A stretch of DNA of 62,694 nucleotides from Phycisphaerae bacterium (GTDB lineage Bacteria; Planctomycetota; Phycisphaerae; UBA1845), in the NCBI GenBank assembly GCA_036477795.1, contig JAZGDL010000332.1, forward strand, positions 1 to 62,694. The letters run 5' to 3'. Made by a program: the position numbers and the translations under genes. Position 1 is the first letter of the stretch; each line of letters starts with the position of its first letter. This document shows positions 10,012 through 20,682 of this stretch, piece by piece. The notes below the pieces were generated by a model. That model did not search any database and was not told where the DNA came from. It saw only the letters and a list, made by a program, of their open reading frames with translations.

Positions 10012-10182
10012 TCACGTTTTCTTCTTGCGTCCGTTGCCGCGGCGGGAAGGGCTTCCGTTGCCGACCTCGATGGCGGCTACCAGCAGGAGATCGATGATGT
10101 GAAACGTGCCGTCCGTGAGCAGCAGCTTGTAGGGACAGAATGGCTCGGCACGGTGCACTCGGCGTAGTTGTTCGGCCGTCAT
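10012..10182 (-). pseudogene. Short, probably internally deleted homolog of the 3251-3496 family (not in the ORF track)
   Basis: Manual translation MTAEQLRRVHRAEPFCPYKLLLTDGTFHIIDLLLVAAIEV... (56 aa) with AGGAG RBS; lacks the central HPD/E segment. Confidence 0.5.
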
Positions 10183-10223
10183 GGCGTTCTCCTATTCATA
10201 TTGCCGTTTAGGCTGATCCCCCG

Positions 10224-11213
10224 TTACTTCGCCGGCGCGACGGCCTGCGGGGCGGCGAAGGTCGCGTTGAAGACGCGAAGTGAATCGGGCTCCGTGTCAA
10301 CGCGCCAGTTCGGTTCGCCTTCGCGGCGTTTGTCGAAGTTGAACCAGACGGCTGCTCTGACGTGCGGTCGGGCGAGGAGGTTGTTGTAGGCCTCGCGAAT
10401 CCACATGGCTTGACGGCCCGGCTTACCGGGGGCGCAACCGAACTCGGTAATCATCACCGGTTTGTCGGCGTAGCGCTTTTCATAATCGGTGAGCACGGCG
10501 TCGAACACCTCGGCGAACGACTGCCATTTGTGCCACACATCGTGGTACTCGCCGAAGTTGTAGCCGTCCACGCCGATCCAATCCACGTAGGCGTCGCCGG
10601 GGTAGTAGCGATGCATGTCGTTCTCGGGCTTGTCGGGCACGCTCACCACGTTCGGCGCCCAGACCCACTCGACCTTGTCGGCGCCCTCGTCCTGAAAGAT
10701 GCGATGGGCACGTCGCCATGCCCCAACGAGTTGCTGCGGGTTACCGCCCCAGGTGAACCAGTCGCCGTTGAACTCGAAACCGAAACGTAGGAGCACGCGT
10801 CGCCCATCCGACTTGGCATCACGGGCCCACTTGCGGAAGAAGTCGTCGAACTTACCGGCGTTGATGTCCGGAAGATACGAGCCGCCGTGGTTGTCGTGCC
10901 ACTGCCAGAGCTCAAGCGAAACGATCGCCGTCGCACCCCGCGTGGCGATCGCGTCGATAACGGACTTCGGAAACGGACGGCCCAGGTCACGAAAGAACAT
11001 GACGTAGTTCGGCCTCGAGGCGAAGCGGGCGATCTGGGCATCCAACTGATCTCCGAACCTGCGTGACCAGAGAATCTGGTAGAGGCCCCACTGAAGCGGG
11101 GCGCGGCGGAGGGCGGTCGTTTTTTCGTGCGAAGGGGCGGTCTGCGGCAGAACAAGAACCACTGCGACCGCGGCGGCGGCCAGGCATGCAGCGGTCACAG
11201 CTCGCAGTCGCAT
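10224..11213 (-). CDS. Glycoside hydrolase family 26 (beta-mannanase-like), exported
   Basis: LRFGFEFNGDWFTW, YYPGDAYVDWIGVDGYN and KPVMITEFG motifs. Confidence 0.88.
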   Translation of the reverse strand: MRLRAVTAACLAAAAVAVVLVLPQTAPSHEKTTALRRAPLQWGLYQILWSRRFGDQLDAQIARFASRPNYVMFFRDLGRPFPKSVIDAIATRGATAIVSLELWQWHDNHGGSYLPDINAGKFDDFFRKWARDAKSDGRRVLLRFGFEFNGDWFTWGGNPQQLVGAWRRAHRIFQDEGADKVEWVWAPNVVSVPDKPENDMHRYYPGDAYVDWIGVDGYNFGEYHDVWHKWQSFAEVFDAVLTDYEKRYADKPVMITEFGCAPGKPGRQAMWIREAYNNLLARPHVRAAVWFNFDKRREGEPNWRVDTEPDSLRVFNATFAAPQAVAPAK

Positions 11214-11736
11214 CGATAAATCTCCCGCATCCGCGGTTCAGCGGAGTATTCCGAGCCCGGCACATATTCTAGCTTGTGCCTCCACAAGACGGAACCGTCG
11301 TTTCGGATCAGGGTGGGCGCGGCCCATGCTGCAACGCGGGTGAGTGTCGCGATAGGGCAAAGAAACATGACAATCCCGGCCAGAGGATGGTTGGTGCTGC
11401 GCCGTGCGGCGGGCAACGCCCGCGGCAGCACTCTCACGAGGGGACATGGGCCGGATTGGGCGCTTAAACGCAGAGATTCTCGTGAGAATGTCCGCTCGGT
11501 CTGGAAATCGGGCAAAGATTCGGTGGAATTGCGGGTTGGGAGGGGCAAATGGGAAATACCGGGAGAAGCTACGTGATCCACGCTTGATCTGAGCAGCCCC
11601 TTCCGGTAGGTTGCTCGTAAAGGTCCGGTAAACGGGCAATACCGGTGTAGGTGACGGATACCCTTTTATTGGAAAGGTACGTAACGCATTAGGAGAGCAT
11701 GTCATGACAGCAGTCCTGGGAGTACTGGACATTGGA

Positions 11737-14457
11737 ATGAAAACCAAGTCGCGAGTCGGATTGGCCAGGAAGATCCCTCTTGGGCCTGCTGTTCTGGCAA
11801 CCGGCCTGTGTTTCGCGCTGGTCAGCCCCCGCGTGGCTGACGCGGCCGTTACGATCGAGCGGGCAGAGGACACTGGTACCGGGGTAAAAGTGCAGGGGAT
11901 AGGCGCACTGCCCAACACTGCAATGACGATTGATGGAGTGGCTGTGGGCAGCTCCGACGATGCCGGCGACTTTCGTTTTGAGCCGGATCCCTTTGATTCT
12001 CCCAGTTGTGTCATCACCGTCAGTGATGGCAATACGTCGGACCAAGCGACGCTCGATGGATGCACGCCTACGGGGTGCGTAACCAACGCCGACTGCGATG
12101 ACGGGTTGTTCTGTAACGGTGCGGAGACGTGCGATGCGTTCAATGTGTGCCAGCCGGGAACGGATCCTTGTAATGACGGCGTAGCTTGCACGGACGACAC
12201 GTGCGACGAGTTCTTCAATTCGTGCAGCAACATCGCCAACGACGCCAATTGCAACGACGGTCTGTTCTGCAACGGTGTCGAAACGTGCGACCCGGTCCTT
12301 GACTGTCAGGCGGGGACAGACCCCTGCGCCCCGCTAGCGTGCAACGAGGCGACCGACACCTGCGGCGGCGCCGGCTGCGGTGCGGCGGCGGGCTTCTACG
12401 CCGCGGTTGATGCTACCAACGCGACAACCCTGAGAGCGACCCTCCACCCCGTGATTGACGATCACTTGCGGTTCCCCTACACGGCGGCCGCCACCGATAC
12501 GTGGGACATTCTGGAATTAGCGGACGAGGATCCGAACAACGCCGGCAATATCCTGGACGTCTACAAGAACAGTAGCTTCGCAAAAACCGGAGGAGGGGGA
12601 GTGGGCTACAACCGGGAGCACACCTGGCCCAAGTCCTACGGCTTCCCTATCGATAACGCCCAGAACATGCCGTTCACGGACTGCCACATGCTGTACCTCA
12701 GTGAGGTCGGCTACAACAGTTCGCGGAGCAATAAGCCCTACCGCATCTGCAACGCAGCCTGCCTCGAAAAGGAGACCGATGTCAACGACGGACGGGGTGG
12801 GGGCGTAGGGGTATACCCGGGAAACTCCAATTGGACCGAGGGCGCCTTCGCGGCCGGCACGTGGGAGACCTGGGTCGGGCGCCGCGGTGATGTCGCCCGG
12901 GCGCAGTTCTACATGGACATCCGCTACGAGGGTGGCGTTCACGGTGTTACGGGCGTGGCTGAGCCGGACCTGATCCTCACCGACGACCCGGCGCTGATCG
13001 TGTCGGATACGGGGAATAACCTGTCGGTAGCTCACATGGGCGAGCTTTCGGTATTGCTGCAGTGGCACGCCCAAGACCCGGTCGATGCGAACGAACAGTG
13101 CAGGAACGATACGGTTTTCAGTTTCCAGGGCAACCGAAACCCCTTCATCGATCACCCCGAGTGGGTGGAGTGCCTGTTCAACAACAACTGCGGCTGTAAC
13201 GTCAATGCCGACTGCGATGACGGTTTGTTCTGTAACGGGACAGAGACGTGCGTCGCGGGTAGCTGTGTCGCCGGTGCCGATCCCTGTCCGGGACAGAATT
13301 GCGACGAGGCGACCGATACCTGCGCCGACTGCTTCAACGACGCCCAGTGTGACGACGGACTGTTTTGCAACGGGCCGGAGACCTGCGTGGCGAATCTGTG
13401 CCAGGCCGGCACGGACCCATGCGCCCCGCTGCCCTGCAACGAAGGGACCGACACGTGTGGTGGCGGAGGCGGAGGTCCGGCTGAGACCTTCATCAACGAG
13501 TTCCACTACGACAACAGCGGCGCCGATACCGGTGAATTCGTGGAGATCGCCGGACCCGCCGGCAACGACCTCGCCGGTTGGCAGGTGATAGGCTATAACG
13601 GCAATGGCGGTGTCACGTACCAGACGGTGAACCTGTCGGGTATCATTCCTGATCAAGGGGGCTGCATGGGAACGCTGGGCTTCGCCTTCTCAGCGATGCA
13701 GAACGGAGCACCGGATGGGCTGGCTCTTATAGATAACCTTGGTGCGGTTATTGAATTCATCAGCTACGAGGGCTCGTTCACCGCAACGGATGGCCCGGCG
13801 AGCGGAATGACCTCCGTCGATGTCGGTGTCTCCGAAACGGGAACCACACCCGTGGGGCAATCGCTTCAACTGTCGGGAAGCGGGTCTGCTTCCGCAGACT
13901 TCGTATGGCAAGCGCCGGCTGCGAACACGGAGGGATTGGCTAACACCGGTCAGACATTTACCGGTTGTGCCGCCGCCTGCACTATAGACCCCGACTGCGA
14001 CGACGGCCTGTTCTGCAACGGGGCCGAAACGTGTGTCGCCAGCGCCTGTCAGGCGGGGACGAATCCTTGCGATGATGGGGTTGCATGTACGGATGACACC
14101 TGCGACGAAGTTTTCGACACCTGCACGAACACGCCGAACGACGCCAATTGCGATGACGGCCTGTTCTGCAACGGCGCGGAGACCTGCGATCCGGTGCTCG
14201 GTTGCCAGGCTGGCGCTAACCCCTGTCTGGTGGGCGACGTCTGTCTGGAAGCGACCGATACATGTTGCACCCCGGCCGCGGAGATCTGTAACGACGCTAT
14301 CGACAACGACTGCGACGGCCTCACCGATTGCGACGATCCGGACTGCGCCGGTGATCCCGCATGCGCGTGCTTGCCGGACGGTGCTGCCTGTACATCCGAT
14401 GCCCAGTGCTGTGGCGACCGGTGCAGGTTGAAGAATGGCGAATTGATCTGTGACTGA
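11737..14457 (+). CDS. Secreted endonuclease I family nuclease with a lamin-tail domain and Cys-rich repeats
   Basis: Signal peptide; YNREHTWPKS, RGDVARAQFYM, QGNRNPFIDHPEW; FINEFHYDN..EFVEI lamin-tail pattern; CDDGLFCNGxETC repeats. Confidence 0.9.
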   Translation: MKTKSRVGLARKIPLGPAVLATGLCFALVSPRVADAAVTIERAEDTGTGVKVQGIGALPNTAMTIDGVAVGSSDDAGDFRFEPDPFDSPSCVITVSDGNTSDQATLDGCTPTGCVTNADCDDGLFCNGAETCDAFNVCQPGTDPCNDGVACTDDTCDEFFNSCSNIANDANCNDGLFCNGVETCDPVLDCQAGTDPCAPLACNEATDTCGGAGCGAAAGFYAAVDATNATTLRATLHPVIDDHLRFPYTAAATDTWDILELADEDPNNAGNILDVYKNSSFAKTGGGGVGYNREHTWPKSYGFPIDNAQNMPFTDCHMLYLSEVGYNSSRSNKPYRICNAACLEKETDVNDGRGGGVGVYPGNSNWTEGAFAAGTWETWVGRRGDVARAQFYMDIRYEGGVHGVTGVAEPDLILTDDPALIVSDTGNNLSVAHMGELSVLLQWHAQDPVDANEQCRNDTVFSFQGNRNPFIDHPEWVECLFNNNCGCNVNADCDDGLFCNGTETCVAGSCVAGADPCPGQNCDEATDTCADCFNDAQCDDGLFCNGPETCVANLCQAGTDPCAPLPCNEGTDTCGGGGGGPAETFINEFHYDNSGADTGEFVEIAGPAGNDLAGWQVIGYNGNGGVTYQTVNLSGIIPDQGGCMGTLGFAFSAMQNGAPDGLALIDNLGAVIEFISYEGSFTATDGPASGMTSVDVGVSETGTTPVGQSLQLSGSGSASADFVWQAPAANTEGLANTGQTFTGCAAACTIDPDCDDGLFCNGAETCVASACQAGTNPCDDGVACTDDTCDEVFDTCTNTPNDANCDDGLFCNGAETCDPVLGCQAGANPCLVGDVCLEATDTCCTPAAEICNDAIDNDCDGLTDCDDPDCAGDPACACLPDGAACTSDAQCCGDRCRLKNGELICD

Positions 14458-14709
14458 TTCGCGCGTCGCCTGATCATGGAAAGTTCGGGCCTATAGCGGT
14501 GAGGTTATCGCCGTCATCAAGTGGCGGCGCTAGTGGTCGGGCCGACTGCGCAACATCTGCTGCACGAGGGGAAAGGGCGAACCTGCGGCTCGCAGGCGCT
14601 TTTAGCTGTTTTTTGGGGGAATCCGGGGCAGGTCAAGAGTGGTTTACCTGTTATAGCAAGGCAGTTTTGCCACTGTACGCTTGCCCTTCCCACCCGGGAG
14701 AACATCCAG

Positions 14710-15780
14710 GTGACCAGTCTGCGTTCGATGGCCTTGGTGTACACCAAGAACGCCTCTCGGAAGCGCGCAGGAATGGACCTGATTCGCTGGACCGAAATGG
14801 GACGCCAATTGGCTACGTCCGGTTGGGACGTTCACCTGGTCACGGACCAGCCTGCGGGAGTGCACGATCTACAAGGGTTGCCTGTCGTTGATGCCGCCGT
14901 AGCTTCATGGGAACAATACGACGCCGTTAAAGTGTGCTATCAGCACTCGATCGATCTTGTGCCACCCCATCCGTGCATCGTCGTGCGGATGTGCCGGGTG
15001 GCGGACGACGAGCGGCCGGCGCGCGATGGCATCCGCCGCGCTGAAATGCTTCGACAACAACAGCGAATCTCCGAAATCGCACATTACGTGGCCTTCAATG
15101 ACCAGGAGAACGTTCGCCGTTGGCGTGCGGCTTACGGCGACAAACAACAGGCGCTCATCGTGCCGACGGGGTGTCCTGAATCCATCCCCGAAGTGGGCCA
15201 CAATCCGTACAAGCCCGGCCGGAGCGTCGTCCTCTTTTGCGGTTCGCTCACCGCGCCGCGCTTTGTTTCGATCCTGAACTCTGTGTCCGAAGCGCTCCGA
15301 TCGGTGGCACCGGACGTTGATGTGCATTTCTTGGGTCGCAATCGCCTGCACGTTTACGGGGCATCCGACCAAGTGCTGGATTCTGATTTGATCACAATCC
15401 ATCCATCGGTCGACGTGGAGGAATCGTGGCAATATATGCTGCACGCCGATGTTGGCCTGGCGCTTGCCCCAAGTCCCGATGCCTTCGAGTGCGAGCTGGC
15501 CAAGATCTACTACTATCTGCGCGCAGGGCTCCCCGTCGTCACGGAATCAAATGTGCTCAACGGTTCGCTGATCGCCGAGACCGGCCATGGAGGCGTCGCG
15601 AGGTATGATGACGTTGGCGATTTGGCCGACAAGATCATCGCGGCGCTCAGGCTCGCGCCCCGATCGTCCCGGGTCATGCGCTACATGGCTGCCACACACA
15701 CTTGGCGGCAAAGAGCGGATGTCTACGTGAACGCTTTGAACTCACGGGCTCAAACGGAACGAGACGGTGAGCCGTCATGA
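14710..15780 (+). CDS. Glycosyltransferase (GT-B / GT4-like)
   Basis: GGAG RBS before GTG at 14710; ADVGL...KIYYYLRAGLPVV and HTWRQRA C-terminal pattern. Confidence 0.7.
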   Translation: MTSLRSMALVYTKNASRKRAGMDLIRWTEMGRQLATSGWDVHLVTDQPAGVHDLQGLPVVDAAVASWEQYDAVKVCYQHSIDLVPPHPCIVVRMCRVADDERPARDGIRRAEMLRQQQRISEIAHYVAFNDQENVRRWRAAYGDKQQALIVPTGCPESIPEVGHNPYKPGRSVVLFCGSLTAPRFVSILNSVSEALRSVAPDVDVHFLGRNRLHVYGASDQVLDSDLITIHPSVDVEESWQYMLHADVGLALAPSPDAFECELAKIYYYLRAGLPVVTESNVLNGSLIAETGHGGVARYDDVGDLADKIIAALRLAPRSSRVMRYMAATHTWRQRADVYVNALNSRAQTERDGEPS

Positions 15781-16493
15781 GCGGGGGAATCGATGGTTCT
15801 TGGTTGGTGGTGCGTTTCGACGATGTACTAGGACTCTGCCCGCGCCTATCCCAAGCCTGGGAGGCCATGGAAAAAAACGGCGTACCGTTGCACCTTGAGG
15901 TCGTTCCGGAGTGGCTCGACGGCACCGCCGCTTCTGCCCTCGCGGGACGCGCCCGGCGCTCCCGCGTTCCGATCGCCGTACATCAGCACGGGACCGCTCA
16001 CGTCAATCATGGCACCCAGACCCGTCGTTTTGAGTTCGACGATTGCCGCGGCGTGGATGCACAACTCGCCGACATCCGACAGGGGCGCGCCGTGCTGGAA
16101 GCAAGTCTGTGTGATTGGTTTGAGCTTATGTTTTCGCCACCGTGGAATCGATACGGCGCGTCGACCCTTCAAGCTTTGGCACGGGCTGATTTTACCGCGT
16201 TTTCCTGCCTGGCGAAACCCGACGCGACCACGCATCCATCGATCGCGTTTGTCCCCATGACCCTGGACCCGGTTCGATGGCGGCCGCATCCAAGATACCT
16301 GCCTTGGAATCAGATTCAGTCCGAACTGATTGCCTCGCTCGAGCAGGATGGCTTTGCCGGGCTGGAGCTGCATCATGACGTCATGACACAAGAGGATGTG
16401 GACGGGCTGGATCGGCTCCTAGAAAAGCTGCGCGCACTGGGGGTCAGGTTTCCGACGATGCAAACCGTGGCCGAGGGAAAGGTGCCTCGATGA
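15777..16493 (+). CDS. Polysaccharide deacetylase-like (CE4/DUF2334-type) protein
   Basis: RFDD, HQHGTAH, FSPPWNR and LHH motifs; ATGA overlap with the upstream gene. Confidence 0.8.
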   Translation: MSGGIDGSWLVVRFDDVLGLCPRLSQAWEAMEKNGVPLHLEVVPEWLDGTAASALAGRARRSRVPIAVHQHGTAHVNHGTQTRRFEFDDCRGVDAQLADIRQGRAVLEASLCDWFELMFSPPWNRYGASTLQALARADFTAFSCLAKPDATTHPSIAFVPMTLDPVRWRPHPRYLPWNQIQSELIASLEQDGFAGLELHHDVMTQEDVDGLDRLLEKLRALGVRFPTMQTVAEGKVPR

Positions 16494-17512
16494 GCGAGAC
16501 GCTCGGATTCGCACTTGTTGGGTGCGGCGACATTGGCTGGCGCAACGCGCAAAGCATCGCTCAAGCCGACGGCGCCAGTCTGGTCAGGCTTGTCGACATC
16601 GACGTGCAAGCGGCGGGTAAGCTTGCCGAACGATTCAGCGTGCCCGTATCACCGTCTTTCACCGAGGCATTGACCGATCGGCGCGTTGACGCCGTCTTTA
16701 TTGCAACGCCCCACGACTTGCATGCGCCGATGGTGATTGAGGCGGCAAAGGCGGGAAAACACGTCATTGTCGAAAAACCAATGGCCACGACGGTCGCCGA
16801 CGCCGAAGCAGCCATCGCAGCATGTGAGAACGCCGCCGTGAGTTTGAGTGTTTGCCATCCGCGGCGTTATGAAGAGAAGATCAAGCGTGCCCGCGAACTG
16901 GTTGAAGAGGGCAACATCGGCTCGCTCTTGCTGACGAATTCACGGTTTGTCAAGGAAAGGACACCGGACTATTGGTCAAGAGCACCCTGGCGGAGAAAAA
17001 GATCGCGGAGCGGGGGAGGGGTGTTGATCACGAATCTCATCCATCACATCGACGCTCTGCAAGTGATCACCGGCCATCGCATCATCACGGCTGTCGGACT
17101 AACGGCAACACAATCCGGCAACGCGGAGGTCGAGGATTCCGCGGCCGTCGCCGTACGCTACGATTCGGGTGCACTCGGTACGCTCGCAGCCTGTTCTTCG
17201 ATTCCCGGCAAGAAAGCCTTCGAGGACCAGGTCTACGGGAAGAAGGGTCGCCTGATCGTAGAAAAGCGGACGGTGCGGCTGCAGATGCATGATTCCTATG
17301 TGTCCGGAGAGCCGGAATCGTGGACCGTTTTCGACTTCGAGGAAGATTCCGTATCCAAGACGAGATTCATCGAATCTTTTGCGGCGAGCGTCAAATCTTC
17401 GGAGCCGCCTCCCCTGCCGGGTAGCTACGGTTTGGAACTCTTGAGGATTGTCCTAAACGTATACCAAACGCCGCATGCCACGATGGTATCTTCGAACGAA
17501 GAGGTAATCTGA
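16490..17512 (+). CDS. Gfo/Idh/MocA family NAD(P)-dependent sugar dehydrogenase
   Basis: GCGDIG, TPHDLH, KHVIVEKPMA and GGGVLITNLIHHID. Confidence 0.92.
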   Translation: MSETLGFALVGCGDIGWRNAQSIAQADGASLVRLVDIDVQAAGKLAERFSVPVSPSFTEALTDRRVDAVFIATPHDLHAPMVIEAAKAGKHVIVEKPMATTVADAEAAIAACENAAVSLSVCHPRRYEEKIKRARELVEEGNIGSLLLTNSRFVKERTPDYWSRAPWRRKRSRSGGGVLITNLIHHIDALQVITGHRIITAVGLTATQSGNAEVEDSAAVAVRYDSGALGTLAACSSIPGKKAFEDQVYGKKGRLIVEKRTVRLQMHDSYVSGEPESWTVFDFEEDSVSKTRFIESFAASVKSSEPPPLPGSYGLELLRIVLNVYQTPHATMVSSNEEVI

Positions 17513-17515
17513 CCT

Positions 17516-18769
17516 ATGACAAGAGAGCAAACCGTAGCCGCACGTTTGGCGATCGAAGGTGGGAAGCCGGTGCGAGACGTACCGCTGCCGACAGCCTTGG
17601 GTGGAGCGATGATCGGCGAAGAAGAGAAGCGCGCCGTGCTTGAGGTTCTAGAGAGCCGTTCGCTGTTTCGATACTACGGCCCCCACCTGTTGCGCAAGGT
17701 TGAACGGTTGGAGGAGGAGTTCGCCCCGGTTGCGGGGTGCGCCCACGCCTTGGCTGTTTCGTCCGGTACGGCGGCACTGCGAACGGCGCTGATCGCGCTG
17801 GAGATCGGCCGCGGCGACGAAGTTCTGATGCCCGCCTATTCATTCCTCGCATGTCCGGCGGCCGTTATGACCTGCGGCGCGATCCCTGTCTTTGTAGAGT
17901 GCGATGAATCACTGCTGCTCGATTCAAGCGACTTGGAAGCAAGAATCACACCGCGAACCCGAGCGATACTTGTCGTGCACAACAACGGTGCCGCATCGGC
18001 AATGGAACCGATCCTGGACGTCGCCCGTCGGCATGACCTGCGGGTGATCGAAGACTGCGCCCAGGCCCTTGGAGCGACGTATCTGGGCAGGCCGGTCGGG
18101 AGCTTTGGCGATATCGCTACGTTCAGCTTGCAGTATCTCAAGCTCATCACTTCCGGTGAAGGTGGTGTGCTAACCACCAACGATGCGGCCGTCTACCAAC
18201 GGGCGGTCTTCTATCACGATCTCGGGTTTCAACGTCCCGGGCGTGAGGGACATCCATTGGCCGGAGAAAACTACCGCATGAGCGAGCTGACAGGCGCCGT
18301 GGCGTTGGAGCAATTGCGCAAGTTGCCAATCTTCCTAGAGCGGATCCGAGAGTGCCGCCAGGTCGTCGTCGGAAGGATTGGCAGCCTCGACGGCGTCGGA
18401 CTCCGCAACGTGCCGGATCCCGATGGTGACCAGGGAAGCTCCTTGGTCCTGCAATTCGAAAACGCGGAGAAAGCCCGCTTTTTTCGACGGGCCCTGCGCG
18501 TGGAAAACATCCCATGTGATGGCTGCTTCGCCAAGCTCAGTTACGGATATCACGCGATCCTCGGGGCACGCCTTACGGAGCGCGATGACCGCCAAGAGTT
18601 CAGCAAACACGCGGACGGCGTGTTGCCCTACCGCTTGGGACTGTGTCCACGAACGGAGGCCATCCTGAAGCGTTCCGTGGCCATCACCATCAGTCCTGCG
18701 TATTCCGACTCCGACGTTGATGATATCGCCCGCGCGATCGTGAAAGTCGCCGCCCACTTGCCATGCTGA
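17516..18769 (+). CDS. DegT/DnrJ/EryC1/StrS sugar aminotransferase
   Basis: SSGTAAL, VIEDCAQALG, FSLQYLKLITSGEGG (PLP lysine) and NYRMSEL. Confidence 0.93.
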   Translation: MTREQTVAARLAIEGGKPVRDVPLPTALGGAMIGEEEKRAVLEVLESRSLFRYYGPHLLRKVERLEEEFAPVAGCAHALAVSSGTAALRTALIALEIGRGDEVLMPAYSFLACPAAVMTCGAIPVFVECDESLLLDSSDLEARITPRTRAILVVHNNGAASAMEPILDVARRHDLRVIEDCAQALGATYLGRPVGSFGDIATFSLQYLKLITSGEGGVLTTNDAAVYQRAVFYHDLGFQRPGREGHPLAGENYRMSELTGAVALEQLRKLPIFLERIRECRQVVVGRIGSLDGVGLRNVPDPDGDQGSSLVLQFENAEKARFFRRALRVENIPCDGCFAKLSYGYHAILGARLTERDDRQEFSKHADGVLPYRLGLCPRTEAILKRSVAITISPAYSDSDVDDIARAIVKVAAHLPC

Positions 18770-18794
18770 CGCAGTTCAACGCGGAATCCTCTGG

Positions 18795-19991
18795 TCAGCG
18801 CGGCTCGCTCAATCCTTCGAGTGTTCGCCGGCAGGCTCTGGTGAGCGAGCGATACCGTTCCGGCACGAGGACATAGAGGCAGCAGTTGCGAAGCAGGGAG
18901 ACCGCATGCCCGAACGCCACCCGGCGATGGAAGGATGCGTCACCGACTTCGCCGTAGCCATCCAGGAACGCTGCGGCATACGGCTTCGGATCATCGTCCG
19001 CTTCCTCAAATGCGATACGAAAATCAATGTGCGCCAAGAGATTTCCGACGTCGATGGCCGGATCACCGCGCCCGCACTGGTCCAGATCAAGAAGAACCAC
19101 CTTCGACTCGTCCAGGAGGATCTGGTTATCGTGAAAGTCGCCATGCAGGTTCTTGTCCTCGAACTTGTCGAACCCCAGGATGCAGTGCTCGAGTTTCGTA
19201 GAACATTCTGCCAGTTCGCCTGGTTGCGTTCCCATCAGAGTGCTGACACGGTCGACGTAGGCTCGCGCAACGCGCAGCTCATCGCCCAGTGTGCGATGGC
19301 CGGTGGCCTCGCCGTCCACGATGTTCGGTACGTCCGCATCGTGCACTTGTCGCAATGCCGCCGCCGCCAGCCGCAACCCGTCGCCATATGCCACGCCAGA
19401 AAACGCTCGGGCAAGCAACGATCCGCCGGCCCTTCGCCAGATGACCATTTCCAGCTCGGCAATGCGAGCGAGTGGTTCGACCAGGTACTCCTTCAACCCC
19501 GACTTGCGAAGATGGTTCGCGGTTTCGATAGCTTGCTCCGACCGACCAGGGCGATAGAGCTTCCCGAAGTAGTCGGTACCGTCGCGACAGCAATAGCGGA
19601 TGATTGCGCGACGAAAAGGCGTGTAGGAAAACAGAGACGATTCCACAACTTCAGAGCCAAGCAGTCGCCCGAGCCGGCGATGCCAGGTTCGATCGAGGGA
19701 CTCCGTGATATGAAGGTGCGAATCACGTAGGGGGTCGCAGTAGACGAGTTCCCACGATCCGAGAGAAAACGAAGCGTCGATGACCGCTGTTGCGGGCACG
19801 ATCTGGAAAGCCATTGCACGCCATTGACCGCCCTCATTCAGACTCCTGATACGCAGGTCGAAAGCATTGTTTCTCGGTATGAGCCGATCGATCTGGTAGT
19901 CGCGCGCGTTCCCGGCTGGCGCGGTCGCGTTCAACCAATTCAAGAACCGGGGGCGATCAAGAAGCACGGCAATGGTAGAAGACAGATTCAC
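18795..19991 (-). CDS. Aminoglycoside phosphotransferase (APH/kinase-like) family protein
   Basis: LHGDFHDNQIL, LLDLD and GDPAIDVGNLLAH. Confidence 0.8.
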   Translation of the reverse strand: MNLSSTIAVLLDRPRFLNWLNATAPAGNARDYQIDRLIPRNNAFDLRIRSLNEGGQWRAMAFQIVPATAVIDASFSLGSWELVYCDPLRDSHLHITESLDRTWHRRLGRLLGSEVVESSLFSYTPFRRAIIRYCCRDGTDYFGKLYRPGRSEQAIETANHLRKSGLKEYLVEPLARIAELEMVIWRRAGGSLLARAFSGVAYGDGLRLAAAALRQVHDADVPNIVDGEATGHRTLGDELRVARAYVDRVSTLMGTQPGELAECSTKLEHCILGFDKFEDKNLHGDFHDNQILLDESKVVLLDLDQCGRGDPAIDVGNLLAHIDFRIAFEEADDDPKPYAAAFLDGYGEVGDASFHRRVAFGHAVSLLRNCCLYVLVPERYRSLTRACRRTLEGLSEPR

Positions 19992-20210
19992 GAATTCGAA
20001 GTGAATCGCGTCATGGGCATCCTGTCAAGCACCATGCTCAACTCGCTGCACAATAACGCGCAGCAATCCTTGGCCGACAGCATTCCGGGTGCGCGAACTG
20101 CCGAACGTCGTCACAGCACTTCTTCCCCACGTGATCAGGTGACGACCGCGTCTCCGGCAACACGGTTCTTTACAACCTCGACAACTACGACAGCGTCAGC
20201 GCTCGACTTA

Positions 20211-20682
20211 GGGGCTCTATCAAAACCTCATGAGAATGTGTCTGGCGCGCCGACGATGATGATGGACCATTGCCAAGGAGGGCATCATTATGGCCAAGCC
20301 ATTGCTCACGGACGAATTATGGGAGCGGATCGAACCGCTACTGCCGCCGGAACCCCCCAAACCCCAAGGCGGTCGGCCACGCGTGCCGGACCGGGCCTGT
20401 CTAACCGGTATTTTGTTTGTGCTTCGCAGCGGCATCTCATGGGAGTATCTGCCCAAAGAGATGAACCGCGGCATTGGTTCGTTGATCGCAAAGCGTAACA
20501 CCGAACACGGGAGTGGTTTGGGGCAACTCCGTTGGGTGGTGGAGGCCGCTTTCGCCTGGCTGTTTCAACAACGACGACTCCGCGTGCGATATGAAAAACG
20601 AGACGACATTCATCAGGCGTTCCTGATCATCGGATGTTTGCTCATATGTTGGAATCGCGTGAATGCGTTTTGTTAGAGTCCC
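20211..20682 (+). mobile_element. Internally deleted IS5-family element (472 bp)
   Basis: Terminal inverted repeats GGGGCTCTATCAAAAC (20211-20226) and GTTTTGTTAGAGTCCC (20667-20682), 14/16 match; TTA duplicated on both flanks. Confidence 0.9.
20290..20676 (+). pseudogene. IS5 transposase remnant: N- and C-termini fused, catalytic core missing
   Basis: LTDELWERIEPLLP..GGRPR..ILFVLRSGISW joined directly to RWVVEAAFAWL..RRLRVRYE; only 128 aa. Confidence 0.88.
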
